The notes under the pieces were generated by a model. That model made no database searches. It saw only the letters and a program-made list of their open reading frames with translations, and was not told the DNA's origin. DNA of 62,613 bases, filler included, from Choristocarpus tenellus KU-1152 (Eukaryota; Protista; Phaeophyceae), in assembly GCA_964200185.2 (NCBI GenBank). It is 7 parts of 7 records of this genome, joined end to end, with 100 filler letters (N's around TTAATTAATTAA, not from the genome) between each part and the next. Parts side by side here need not be neighbours in the genome. Positions count along the whole stretch, not along the records: positions 45,506 to 55,883 come from CAXNAD020002966.1; positions 55,984 to 62,613 come from CAXNAD020007705.1; 5 more parts are not named here. One strand, 5' to 3'. Below are positions 51,078 through 62,613 of this stretch, piece by piece (position 1 is the first letter of the stretch; every line of letters starts with the position of its first letter). Position numbers and translations under genes: made by a program.

Positions 51078-53757
51078 ATGGTTCAGGAGAAGGAGGTAGA
51101 GGTGAACGTGGCCTGTCCACCGTTCGAGGATCTTCGGGCGTGTCTGTTGGACATGGAACAGCCCATTAGCAAACGCACTCACGCAGCTTTTTTCCTGAGA
51201 ACCCTGGGTAGCATGGAGGCTATTGTAATTTTGAGTCAAGGTGTGTATCATTCCTTTCAGGTAGGTATGGTATGCCTGAATGAACCATGTTCAGATGGTT
51301 GTGGTGGATGTGTTAGTACCTATCCTGATTCATTCCTCGGAGCCCGATGTTTTGTGATCGGGTAGACTCGGGATGCCCTACAAGATCACGATTTGGTTTT
51401 TCGCCTGTACTAGTCGTGCATACACTGGTCGTGCTCACTCAAACCACTGTTGAACCCAGTTCGTGATATTTTTTCCAAGGGACCCAACCTCACACGTTTT
51501 CCGCCACACACCCTCCACCACGTCTCTTACCATCAGCCCTCTTGGTCAAGTCGGACTCAGCCCTGTTACGCCATGAATTGGCGTATGTGCTGGGTAAGAA
51601 GGTTTCGGAGTTGGTCTTTGGGTTGGTTTGGGGTTGTGGGGCCGCGTGATTGCGAAGTATTGAGTTTGTGGAACCTCTCTACTTGATCATGCGACTTGAC
51701 CTTCCCTCATGCTTAACATCGCCTTCTTCCTGCTTTGTGAATGTTATGGGTTAGTCCGTGTATAGCCCCCACATATATTCCTGTGTTCTTCCGTTTAAGC
51801 ACAGGTCAGATGCAGGACGCATCGGCGTGTGAAACGCTCGAGAATGTTCTCGGTGATACCTCTGATGACTGCATGGTTCGCCACGAGGTTCGCAAGTGTA
51901 GGATGGAGCATTGCTGTTGGTTGATTGGACATTGCTAGGGTCTAATATTTGTACACTGTGATACAGGACAGGTTATTTCTGATGTGATCGTTGAAGTAAA
52001 GCTAGGCGGGGAGGATAGTGGTACATCTCAACTTTGTGCCGGTCTGATATTAACTCGTACATTATATAGGGGGGGGTGGACAATGTGAATCTCCTATGCA
52101 TTGAATGCATATGAAGGAGTGGTGACCTAAACTCTCACCAAATCAAGTGAATTTTTTAAAACGAGTATGTTCTCCTTTGTATTAGTTCTATGATGAAATT
52201 TCAAATGAACTGTGTACTAACAGCTATCAACTTGTAAGAGTGTCATCTTATCAAAGAGTAACATACCCCTCAATATGTACATGGAGCCAGTAAGTGCCAT
52301 TCTATCATAGTAAAATTTGTCTCAGTATTTGCTGACTGGCCCTTCCACCACCCTGCCTTGACCAAGAGGTGCATGAGAGTATTTTTCTAAATAGTTTCTT
52401 CTCTTCCTACAGGATCCCACTAGATTCAAAGCTCTAACTCTCATGCCCTCTTTAGTGATTCTGTGGAACATGCCACCCCCACTTAGAGTCAAAGTGTTTT
52501 ACACATAACGTGGCTCTACTGACTGACTGCCTTGTTGCTATATTCAGGCTGCTGAGGCTCTTGGAGCCATCGGTGACGATCGATCAGTACAAACACTGGA
52601 ACGCTTCATCTCAGACCCAGCCCCAGAAGTTTCCCAGGTGACGCCCTCGCTGTCATGTCTAGCTCTTCTTCTTTGAAACCACGATTTGTGACCTTGCTCT
52701 CCCCTATGTCTTGCAGAAATATGGTGAAGGTTTTTAAGGGCACGTCTCCTCGTTGACTCAGGCACTCACGGCTCATCCATTGGAAAATAAATAAATATAT
52801 ATATATATATGGTGCATTCCAATGTGACCTCTTGAATTTCGTGACAGTACTTTTTTTACGCCAGCCACTTCCTCCCTGCGAGTGCAAGGGCCATGAAGGG
52901 CTCACTATTCGACCGTCAATTCCTCTTACCTGGAATGCGCTGTTCTCTTTCCCGTTTTTTTTTTTTTCTGTGTACACAGACCTGTGAGTTGTCTCTGAAC
53001 CTAATGGCATGGCGGAAGAGGCAGGCAGACGAGGGGTTTGAGGACGACGGGTTGGACTCGTCAAATCCCTACCTGTCGGTGGACCCAGCTCCCAGCTGTT
53101 CTAAGAGTACTGTTGTGGTTGGGGTTGGGGATCTGGAGCAGCAGTTACGGGATGCAAGCGCGCCATTGTTTGCACGGTACAGGTAGGTGCTGCCCTCTTT
53201 TCCTTTTTTGACGCCCCTCACCAACCCTCCCTCGTACTACTTTTGTTGTTGTTGTTGGTGGTGGTGGTGGTGGTGTTGGTGTTGTTGCACCCTTAGCTTA
53301 GATCTTCGACTTTTTGAGAAAATACCACTGCGTTTCAATATATTTTTTTCATGTATATATATATATATTGCAACTCGAAGGTGAGCGACAGGATCAAGTT
53401 GATCGGTTTTTTTCTTATATTTTTCTTTTATTATATTATTATTTTCATTTTTTTTTTAGTAAGTAGTAAGTAGTAAGTAATAACGTTTGTGATGCACTCT
53501 CCTGTGGATGATTCCTTTCTTGTTTTACCGGTGGTCCGGCAGCGATGTCTGCTCGGAGGCAGGCAATCACGTCACAAATTGTATACAAACTGGGCCGTGC
53601 TGTCTTTCTTGCTCTCACTTGGTGCTTGAAAAATTGTTGGGACCCTCGGGCCTCGTGAAGGGCGATGTTTTCCCTGCGAAATCGTGGTGGGGAGGAGGCT
53701 GCTCTGGCCCTCACTGCCGCCTTCCAAGATGAGGACAACGCTCTCTTCAAGCATGAG
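51078..53757 (+). CDS. DOHH: Deoxyhypusine hydroxylase, first six exons, 3'-truncated
   Basis: Exons 51078-51240, 51537-51593, 51805-51887, 52548-52637, 52980-53182, 53661-53757. HE motifs SALLRHELAYVLGQM, MVRHEAAEALGAIG and ALFKHE, plus YLSVDPAP and LFARYRAMFSLRN. The fourth HE motif is absent from the contig. Confidence 0.96.
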
Positions 53758-54940
53758 GTGGGACTGTTGGCTAGTGTTCCCTCCCGATCTCTGTTGAGGC
53801 CACCTGCATACCTTTATCTGTATACCTTTTTTTTTGTACTTCTGCTCTCTCGCTACTCCTATTGTATACATAGGCATGGTGCATTTTGAGTGACCAACCA
53901 ATGCCTAATGCGGCCACACTCTCGCCCTCTGAAGGTGCAAATATTACACACACAGTTTGATTTTCAAAATTTCAAATACCGCCACACTGCGGCGGACTAG
54001 TGAGAATATTCTCCGGAGTGTCTTTGACAAGACAAGATCGCACGTTCCCTTTGAGTAACGCAATCCAATAGCCTACAAAACCTTGCGTAAACATTACTCG
54101 AAATGTTAGCATGATGAAGTGCTGTGAAGACATCCGCTACCATCTACTACCAAAGTGGTGTGTGCGCTCTGAACGAAACAGAGGTTATTTTTTTATTTTT
54201 TTTATTTCTGGTCGAGATGGAAGTAAGTCACTCTTGATCTACAGTTCTTGCATTTTTTTTTTTTTTGTGTAGTACTTCAAGAAAAAAAAAAAAAGCACAT
54301 GCGTGTGCGTGCTAAATGATTTTGTGTGCTAAGAGACAGCAGGGGCTGTGTACAGATTGTGATTGTTTTTTTAATTGTTGTGTCAGAGGAATGATATCAG
54401 TTCAGTTTTAAAAGGAAGGCATAGGATTGACCTTGTACAGATAGAGAGCCCTCTTTACATTCATGAGTTACTACTACTTCCTCTGATTAGCATCAGTTTC
54501 AAACAGCTTGCGGGGTAAGCTATAATTGCACAATGTGATATCAGACTCTTGCTGAGAGATCTTCGGGTCTCAGGATGTTAAACCGAGTTAGGATCTTGTT
54601 AAAACTTAATTTTTGGAAAGAACCTCAAAACGGTCTTTTTCCAGACCCCACTACAATAATAAAATAAAATCTGATACGCCATCTCGTGCGTCTATAGATT
54701 TTTTGTTTTTGTGTGTGTGTGTGTGTCCCTCAAATTGTTCTGTCTGTTGCTGAAAATTGTTCTGAACAGAGGAAGTGAGTGCTTTCGTAAAATAGACACT
54801 TTTACGAAAACCTTGCAGGTGATAGTTTTGATGGGACAAACGCCATGTTGGTGAACCACACCGAATTGATTTGGGGCCTCTCTGTTCCTCACTGACATGT
54901 TTCGCAAACAGCCAAGAGGAAGTGTAAGGTGAACCCCCTG

Positions 54941-55061
54941 CCAACCAATGAACGATCTCCGCGCACGCTGTAAACCAATGAAAGATCTCCGCGCACGCTG
55001 CCAACCAATGAACGATCTCCGCGCACGCTGTAAAAACCAATGAAAGATCTCCGCGCACGCT
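54941..55061. repeat. 30-bp minisatellite x4 with alternating variants, each unit containing CCAAT
   Basis: CCAACCAATGAACGATCTCCGCGCACGCTG alternates with TAAACCAATGAAAGATCTCCGCGCACGCT. Confidence 0.92.
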
Positions 55062-55623
55062 ATAAAATAAAAATAAAAATTGATGGGAGTGGTAGAAAAC
55101 AGGAGTGAGGGGAGTATCTCAACAGTGTTTGAATTGTGTTCTGAATCGAAAGCGTTTATGAGTGCACTTTTTTTTTTTGTAATGGGCTGGAAAAACGTTC
55201 GGCGCACTGGAATGCAAATGAATAAAAATATAAATATATGTATACGTATATATTATCGAGGTGTATGCTCATGATGTGGACGGGGACCTATATATCGTGT
55301 CTGTCGCCAAAGATCCCACCCGGGGAAAGACACAAAAGTACCGGTAAGCGTTTGTGCTGATTTGTAAATAATAATAATAATAATAATTGCCCCCTGAATT
55401 TTCGGGTTCGATTGAGAGATTACGTTTTGTATCGATTTGCAACAGAAAAAAAGAAGAAATGTTGGATTTTTTGTTTTAATAAATAAATATATATATATAT
55501 ATAGATTGGTTTTGATCTTTGAATGCCCCGTGTTTGTGTGTAGAGTAGTAAGTGCACTGTGTGGTAGCCTCTTCTCTTCTTTTTGGTCAGTACAGGTTGC
55601 AGAGGAGCTGCGAGAAAATCATG

Positions 55624-55672
55624 CTGAGATTAGAACTGAGATCAGAACAGAGATTAGAACTGAGATTAGAAC
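55624..55672. repeat. 12-bp tandem repeat x4
   Basis: CTGAGATTAGAA units with two substitutions. Confidence 0.85.
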
Positions 55673-55883
55673 CGGAGTGGTGGCATCGAGGGCTTTTTGC
55701 TGGACTCGGAGTTATCTTGGCTGGCCCGGATGGACTGGGTCATGGGTTGGCCCACAGTTTGATCCTGTCACATTTTCGGAAGGATACACCCGGCCCCATC
55801 AATAGGTGGATCACTTGGGTTGGTCCATGGTCCCGGTCTGGATGTAAACATTAATATATATATATATATATATTGGGTCAAAG

Positions 55884-55983
55884 NNNNNNNNNNNNNNNNN
55901 NNNNNNNNNNNNNNNNNNNNNNNNNNNTTAATTAATTAANNNNNNNNNNNNNNNNNNNNNNNNNNNNNNNNNNNNNNNNNNNN
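55884..55983. other. Artificial contig linker
   Basis: N44-TTAATTAATTAA-N44. Confidence 0.97.
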
Positions 55984-56200
55984 GGTATATGAATGAAGGG
56001 CTGGCGGGTGTGAGCCATCACTTGGACTACCGTAGGTACTAGGGTGGGAGGGGGGGGGGGTGAGGATGTTTTCTACAGCAGGTTCTATTCATCCTTTTAT
56101 TTTTTTATTTATTTTTTATTCTTTATATATCCTTGTTGGCTTGTTTGGACTAGTTAGTCAACAATAGGTATGGGATACCTTGGACTATTGCGATGACGAG

Positions 56201-56238
<38 letters not shown>
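56201..56238. repeat. (AAT)n microsatellite
   Basis: About 12 perfect units. Confidence 0.9.
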
Positions 56239-56600
56239 GACTCTTGCCTGATCCCTCCTCCCCCCTTTTTTGTTTTTCTCCATCTTTCCTCTCTCTCTCT
56301 GCCTCTCCTTTTATATACATTTTCAATCCTACCCTTTTTTTTTAGTTGTGTAGGCTATTATGAGAAAGAGGGCAAGTTCCATTTTGTGTGAGATGGGTCC
56401 TTTATCCCTCGTGGGCTCTTTCTCTGTCATTCCTAATCTTTTTTGTTATTGTGTATTGCAAGGATTAGGGTTAGGGTTAGTGACCACAACCCCTGCAATG
56501 CGTCACACCTCCACCCTCCTTTGCAGTAGACCTGAAAACGTTCTTTCCCCCCCCCCCTGCCTCTTCCCTTCAAGAGGTTTTGGTGGGGCATAGGGGGTGA

Positions 56601-56637
<37 letters not shown>

Positions 56638-56825
56638 ATTACAGGGAGAAACCGGTGTCTTTTATATCATGTGTAGTTATATCTCTCTTGGAAGGTCAAA
56701 CTCGACCAGGTCTTTGAACTGCACCGTTCCCTTTTTCCTCTTAGCCCACCTCTCCTCAGGACATTTATTTTTTCTCTCCCTGGTTTGGTGCTGTGTGTGT
56801 TGTGTGTTGTGTTGCTATGGAGTAG

Positions 56826-58278
56826 GTATCCAACCTTGCGGTCGGTGGTGCTGCACTGGGACTCTTTCCTAGACAATTCTGGGAAATTTCTCAGGATCAT
56901 GTGGGATGCACCTGTGGCGCTATGGGAGTTCTTTTCCCCAGAACTGGACTCCACGTACAAGAGGCCAGAGGTGAGGGGTTTTTTGGAGAGTAAGGAGGCA
57001 ATGCTGCTGTTAGGAGAGATGATGCCATATTTCCAAGTATATAGCCAAGATATGTCCAGGTCAAAGATGTTGAGTCCAAGTTGGAGACTATAGATAACCT
57101 GATATTGGTATGACGATTTAAGGTATACTACCAATTATACATATATTTAAATATCACTGACAGTACATATCCAGTACCTCATTCTGACAATTTAATGATA
57201 TTGTTATCTGGTATTTTGGATGATACCCTCTCCCTGAACATGCCTTTACAGCAGGAAATGAAATATGTGTGCATGATGTATGTACGTAATCTGTGCACCT
57301 TGTGTGAAGCCAACAATTTGTTTGCCTGCTTCTTGGGGAGGGGTGTGATTATTTTTGTTATAATTTTGTGTGCTAGGGGGGGGGATACTCGTTGACAGAT
57401 TGTTGACCAGGGCCCTATTTTTGGGGGGCATGTGAAAGGAACACGCTTGTTTCTTTGTGTGTGTGTGTGTTTTTTTTTTTTAAGGATTTTTTTTTTTGAT
57501 CATTGAACTTGAGGTGTACTTCCGTGTGATGCTTGTGCCATTAACATTAATAGAGGTGTGGCAAGAAGAGGTGTTGACCTGACTCTCACACCCCCGATGC
57601 GCATGGCACAACATTGAGTCTTGAAGAGCCTGGCAATAGTGTGGTTGATACTCAGGTTCAAGAAGCCATGCACCCTATTGGTACAGTAAGCATAGCACCT
57701 GTAACTGTAGTAGTAGTTGTAGTAGCAGCAATATTGAGATATGTGTAGTATGTATTTTGCAGTGGTGTGGTACATACCCTTGTGTCTTACGGAGTAGATA
57801 TGTTGTCTTGTTTGCCCAAGTGCTCTCTCACGCCTCCTGAATGTTTTGGCACCGAAATACTGCTGTTTATGTTTTGGCATAGATTAGGTTAGAGGTGCTA
57901 CTGCGCTGATGACACAAGTTCCCTATTAAAACTGGTGTACATTAATTACACCAATTGTTTTTAGTATGAGTATTTATCGCATTACATTGTGAAATAAGAG
58001 GACTTTTGGATTTGTTGCACAGTGGTTGTTCACATAATGAGCAATGAGGACACTTGACTATTAATACCTACCTTGACATTTGATAAATAGTATGTCAACT
58101 GTTTCATGGGTGAAATATATAGATTGCTCTACTAACAATCTCTCTCTCTCCCTGCCCCTTCCCCTTCCTACCCCCAAAGCTCAGTCGCACACAGGATTGC
58201 AATATTGTGATACATTGATTTTTCTATTTGCACACACTTGAATTTATTTATTAATAATGGGGCTTGCATAGCTTTATT

Positions 58279-58320
<42 letters not shown>

Positions 58321-60247
58321 CTATGATATGATATGATATGACGATTAAAAAAAACTTGTTACTAATGTGGTACCAAAATTAGGCAGCAATGCTTCGAGAG
58401 GGTCTGGGCATGGCCAAGGGGTCTTTGACTTCTCGAAATGCTGCTGCTGCTGGTGGAAGGGGACAGTTGAGTGGGGAGGGGGTGAAGGCTGGCAAGCTTC
58501 TGGAGCTGGATTTGGGGCCAGGGCATGGCTTTGCGGCACTGGCTGAGAGGTGCTTTGAGATGACTGAGGGGGTGAGTAAGGGGGGGGGGGTGCAGAAGTA
58601 CAAATCCCACAACAGATAAACATTTATTTCTAATTTTTTAAAGGCGTATTGTTGCTGAATTCAAGTATTCATTCATACAGGTATACGTAGGTTTATAGCT
58701 CATCCGTATTTTTGTAAGGGGTATTCCTTGAGGTAGGTATTATATATTATTGAACTAGTATTAGATTTGCTGTTTGGAGGTGCTAGGTAGTGTATTCTAC
58801 CCTTCTTTTTTGGCGAGAGTTAAAAAAAGAAGTGACAAATGGAAAGTGCTCACTGTCTCTGGGCGGTTGTTGAAGGTGTTATCTCCTGCAGTCAAGTAGT
58901 GTGGTGCTATATGTGTGTGTCTGTACAAACCCCCAGTGATTCCCCTTTCGTAATGTAGCTTCGTTCATCTTGGCAGGCGTGCTGGGAGCTTCATGACCTC
59001 ACTCACTTGGACAATCTCTTGATACAGGGTGCTGAAATATTTGATCTTTCTGTTATCGGCAGAATCGTGACGGAGCCCCATATGGGCATAGGGGTCAGGG
59101 TGTACCTTTGTTTGACACATACTGTAAGCCTAACTTCTCTGCAACACAAATATTTTTGAACGCAGGATGGAGTATACTCACCAGGATGCTTCCCTTCAGC
59201 TATGCCCCCCCCCCCTTCTGATTTTGTGCCCATGCTAGGATTACCTCTACAAGCTCTGTCCCTTCAAGGATGCCCATCAGGGGATAAGTAGCCTGGGTCG
59301 CTGGGCTGGTTGGGGAGGGGCAGGTAGCGACGCCGGTGGTCAAATGACCATGCTCTATAGGGAAGGGAGTCGTTGCCATGGCAAAGTGAAAAGGTAACGA
59401 GCTGAGACAGACACTGAGTTTGTTCTCCTTTCCTTCCTTGCTCCCCCTTTTGTAACATAGAGAGGTCAGACAACGATGTAGTGTGACTCTGTTTGCATGT
59501 ATCTAGTGTGATTTGTGGGAGGTACTTGATGAGTTAGGGTTAGGGGACTATGTAACTGTCTTGTTCTAAGGTGCGGGAGGGAACTAGAGCGGTATAAAAA
59601 GGAAACAGAAGAGTGCGTTTATACCCTATTTGTTTTTTTACAAATTGTAGACAACATAATGTGAAGATGTGTCAGACAAATAACCTCTGAGCATTATTGA
59701 TGCTTCACACTTTACCCTCCAACCCTAGATCCTTTGTCTGTCATATCTGTCATTCCAGTTGAAGACCACGCCATCACCACGATGAGTGAAAGTATGTTAG
59801 GGTTAGGGTACGAGTTTTGCCCTGTTTGTCCGTGTGGGGCTTGGCTTCCCATGGGTTTTTGTTTAAGACATTATCCTACTCCAAAATGTTTCAGAGTAGG
59901 TAAAAATGTATACGTTATGAAAAGGTGTGTCCGAACAAGGATATTGACATCTCCTAACAAACACAATAGCCAAATTACATCAAATTCGCAAGATCGGATT
60001 TTGGCCCCCAAATGGACACGGCTCTACCCTCTAAGATGCTTTGACTCCAGTACTGTTTTTGAAATCAAGCAGATCTGCTGAGGTGATTGTTGCCTGTGGG
60101 CCGGAACATGCTTTGGTGGGTGTTGAGGAGCCAGAGACTTGCTGGTATCGCCTTGTGTTGGAGACTCCACTGGGGTGCACTGACCAGACCCTGAAAGAGG
60201 CGGAACTGCAACTTGAGAGGGTTGGGGTGAGATATATATATAGATAG
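56826..60247 (+). CDS. Glucosidase II beta subunit-like (PRKCSH-like) protein with an MRH domain, 3' exons
   Basis: Exons 56826-56970 (...YKRPE), 58383-58571 (...LDLGPGHGFAALAERCFEMTEG), 59239-59393 (DYLYKLCPFKDAHQGISSLGRWAGW...MLYREGSRCHGKVKR) and 60073-~60247 (SAEVIVACG...VEEPETCWYRLVLETPLGC). The six-cysteine MRH pattern is present and phases are consistent. The 3' end is uncertain. Confidence 0.85.
59784..60047. mobile_element. MITE family A, copy 6 (intron of the PRKCSH-like gene)
   Basis: GAGTGAAAGTATGTTAGGGTTAGGGTA ... TACCCTCTAAGATGCTTTGACTC. No TSD evident. Confidence 0.9.
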
Positions 60248-61519
60248 ATAGATATAGATAGATATAGATAGATAGATACATATTTGTGTGGTGTTGGCTA
60301 TGGGATGAGTTTTTTTTCCCAGTGCTCTGTAGCCGCGGTGTGTGTGTGTGTGTGTGTGTTTTTGCAACTGATGTAGATTTGGAGTTAATTCTGTGCCATC
60401 ATACTGGACTACTTTTTAAGGAATGCTATTAATGCACAGTACACCTTTAGTCCCACCCACCGGTACCTTTAAGGGGAAGGAGGGGGGAGGGGGGAGGTTG
60501 CGTACATGTTTTAATATTTGTTTTGTACTGTATGGTGGTTGTGGGGAATAATTCCTTGGCCAACAGTCTGCTGACAGCTTTGTGTTAATTGAGAATTCAT
60601 GGCAGGAAGATGATAGTTGAGCATCTGGAGACACATTTTTAGCTTTATGTAGTATGCCTGTTTTTTGTTGATTGTCTGAGGAGAGTGGTACTATTTGAAG
60701 CATCTTTGTTGGAGCCCTTGCACTGATTTGATCAGATAGTTTCAAGAAGTCTCAAAATGGCGACCAACCTGATGCATTCATGGAAAAGGGCAATCGAAGA
60801 TGATGTCTGACCTGATGGTTTATTGGAATTCATGACCGCACCCATGCCACGGCACTCCTGAGTTGTAATAAAAAAATTAGACGTGTTGAGATGCACTCCC
60901 CCCTCCGCCAATTGTGACGTTTGTTTCCATTTAATGTGTTCCAGCTCTTAAGAGGCGCTGTAGCAATTGTGGTGTTTTGAAGTCTCCTCGATGAAAGCAA
61001 GATGTACCCTTTTGCCTCGATGGTCCTTCTTCCCTGCTATACTTGATGGTTTCAACATGCTGTCTGTATGATAGGTGGATGTTGCAAGCATCGATGGTGG
61101 AGGCGAAGGAATCCCACTAGTATGGCGTTCTAGAAGAGCTGAACCGGGCAACATTGCTTTGGATGAGCAAGGTGGTTCAGAGGAGGGAGGCAGCAGTGAC
61201 GTCAAAGGAGAGTTGTGAAAACCAGGAGGTTGTGTTTGACATGCAGTGGTTAGATCCTCTAAAACATTTCATTGTAGATTTTTTTCCGGTGGCATAGTCT
61301 TGACTGCTGACTGTAGACCTCTATTCCCTGGAATGGGATTTTTGTGTGTTTGTTTTAGTTTGTTTTTTGTACATAGTATTGTGGATCGAGGGCACGAATG
61401 GAGGCATATGAATCACCGAGCTCTGCAGGCGATACACACATCGATGCTAAAGGATATCCAATTGAAAATCAACCTCTCTTTTGGTTTCGATGAATTGCGG
61501 TTGAAATGCGACGATTTGC

Positions 61520-61720
61520 ATGAGTAAGAAGATTGGCCCTTATCTCATCACTCTACGTATTAATTGAAGTACAAGAATTACTGCGAACTCAAGGGGTGTT
61601 GAGTGTTACCATTAGAAAGCATGAGACACGAGACAGCGAGCAGATAGGTGTACAAGGTCAGTGATTGGTGCAGGTGTCGAGCGTATGGTTAATGCGAGTG
61701 TTTGTGTGATATGGAGAGGC
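61520..61720 (+). mobile_element. Possible tyrosine recombinase C-terminal relic
   Basis: Frameshifted HS(L)RI..ST.LLRTQGV..VTIRKHE resembles HSLRIGGAT...IQREGRW. Downstream DNA is similar to the reverse complement of ~2080-2162. Confidence 0.33.
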
Positions 61721-62613
61721 GGTAAGTGTAGAATAGACACGCGACGCAGGAGATACCAAGGACACACACTAGAAGGAGAGCCACTTCTATTTATGAGTTA
61801 GAGTCAGTTTGACCTGGTCTAGTCAGGTAGGTTTATTATTCAATATCAAAGATTGGTATATATTGTATATTCCACTGACACATCTGGAAAATGTCAGAAA
61901 ATACAACAACAAAAATATGTTGCCCAAACAAAGAGTCATTTGTTGGTGTGATGTAACCGTTGTGAGAAGACGTACAAGGATGAATTGGATACTTTTTTTG
62001 TTGGTATATCTTACTACTACTGTTCCTCTTCACGATAGTGTAACTAGTCACATATCAACGTTTTGTAAAAGGACGTTTTTTCGGTCGAACTAATTTCGAA
62101 ATTCCCCTTTTTCTCCTTGCATACCAATTGGTTATGACCAATATTTATCCATTTATTGTGAAAGAGACCACTATCACAAGTTAGTTGTTTTGTTAAGTCA
62201 TACTCTAACGCCTTGAATAGACCGCAACCCTATTTTTATTATTATGCCCTCTGACATTTTGCAGCCCTATTTTCTTTTTGTAAGCAAGAACTCCTGAGGT
62301 TTTTCACGATTTGCATTTGAGTCTATTCTTACAATCTTTACCAATTCACCCATACTATTTCCATGAAGTTCCAAGTTTGATTTGAGACTATTTATTTCTC
62401 TATTGTTTGAAACTTTTCCAAGACAATTTACGAAAATATCCTATACATATTTGAAAAAAACGCCGAATTCTTATCATATTTGGCAATACAGAACCTACCT
62501 CCTATTTTGGGCCAAATATTATGAACCAAATCGAAAAATATGTAATTTGTTTTGCTCACGAATTCTGGATTATTATTATTATTTGCTCATTCCTAATTTG
62601 CTATTCCTCTATC

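Noticed and set aside
53978-54001. Helitron 3' end (CCGCC/GGCGG hairpin plus CTAG)
   Set aside because: The hairpin is short and immediately adjacent to CTAG rather than at the usual spacing; no second copy.
54941-55061. CRISPR-like array
   Set aside because: The units are contiguous with no unique spacers, the context is eukaryotic, and there are no cas genes.
58977-59093. Extra exon (ACWELHDL...) in the PRKCSH-like gene
   Set aside because: It has AG/GT-like ends but would interrupt the conserved MRH sequence; 58571 joins 59239 directly in frame.

Overview
Eukaryotic, intron-rich nuclear DNA, most likely a brown alga or close ochrophyte relative. This is inferred from a bipartite signal peptide ending VSA|F, long GT-AG introns, TTAGGG repeats and RTE/tyrosine-recombinase retroelement relics. 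The window is seven short contigs joined by artificial 100-nt linkers (N44-TTAATTAATTAA-N44), so adjacency across linkers is not trustworthy and most genes are truncated. Genes I could splice by eye are a FANCM DEAH helicase (- strand) apparently fused to RanBP2-type zinc fingers and a PZP (PHD-knuckle-PHD) reader, CCT4 (-), a plastid-targeted DUF1517/FLAP1-like gene (+), the first exon of a probable Tat-targeted thylakoid protein (+), the 3' part of a cyanobacterial-type TPR protein (+), deoxyhypusine hydroxylase DOHH (+) and a glucosidase II beta-like MRH protein (+). The rest is decayed transposons, MITEs and microsatellites. The three most interesting observations: (1) two MITE families share bipartite ends whose internal GTCCATTTGG box lies one helical turn further in at one end than the other (31 vs 41 bp in family A), reminiscent of a 12/23-type rule; (2) there are signs of telomere-repeat insertion at internal sites, namely (GGGTTA)5 inside a 13-bp duplication and the same GGTT insertion in two MITE termini; (3) the FANCM-PZP fusion. 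All protein and TE calls come from motif recognition only; no database searches were run.
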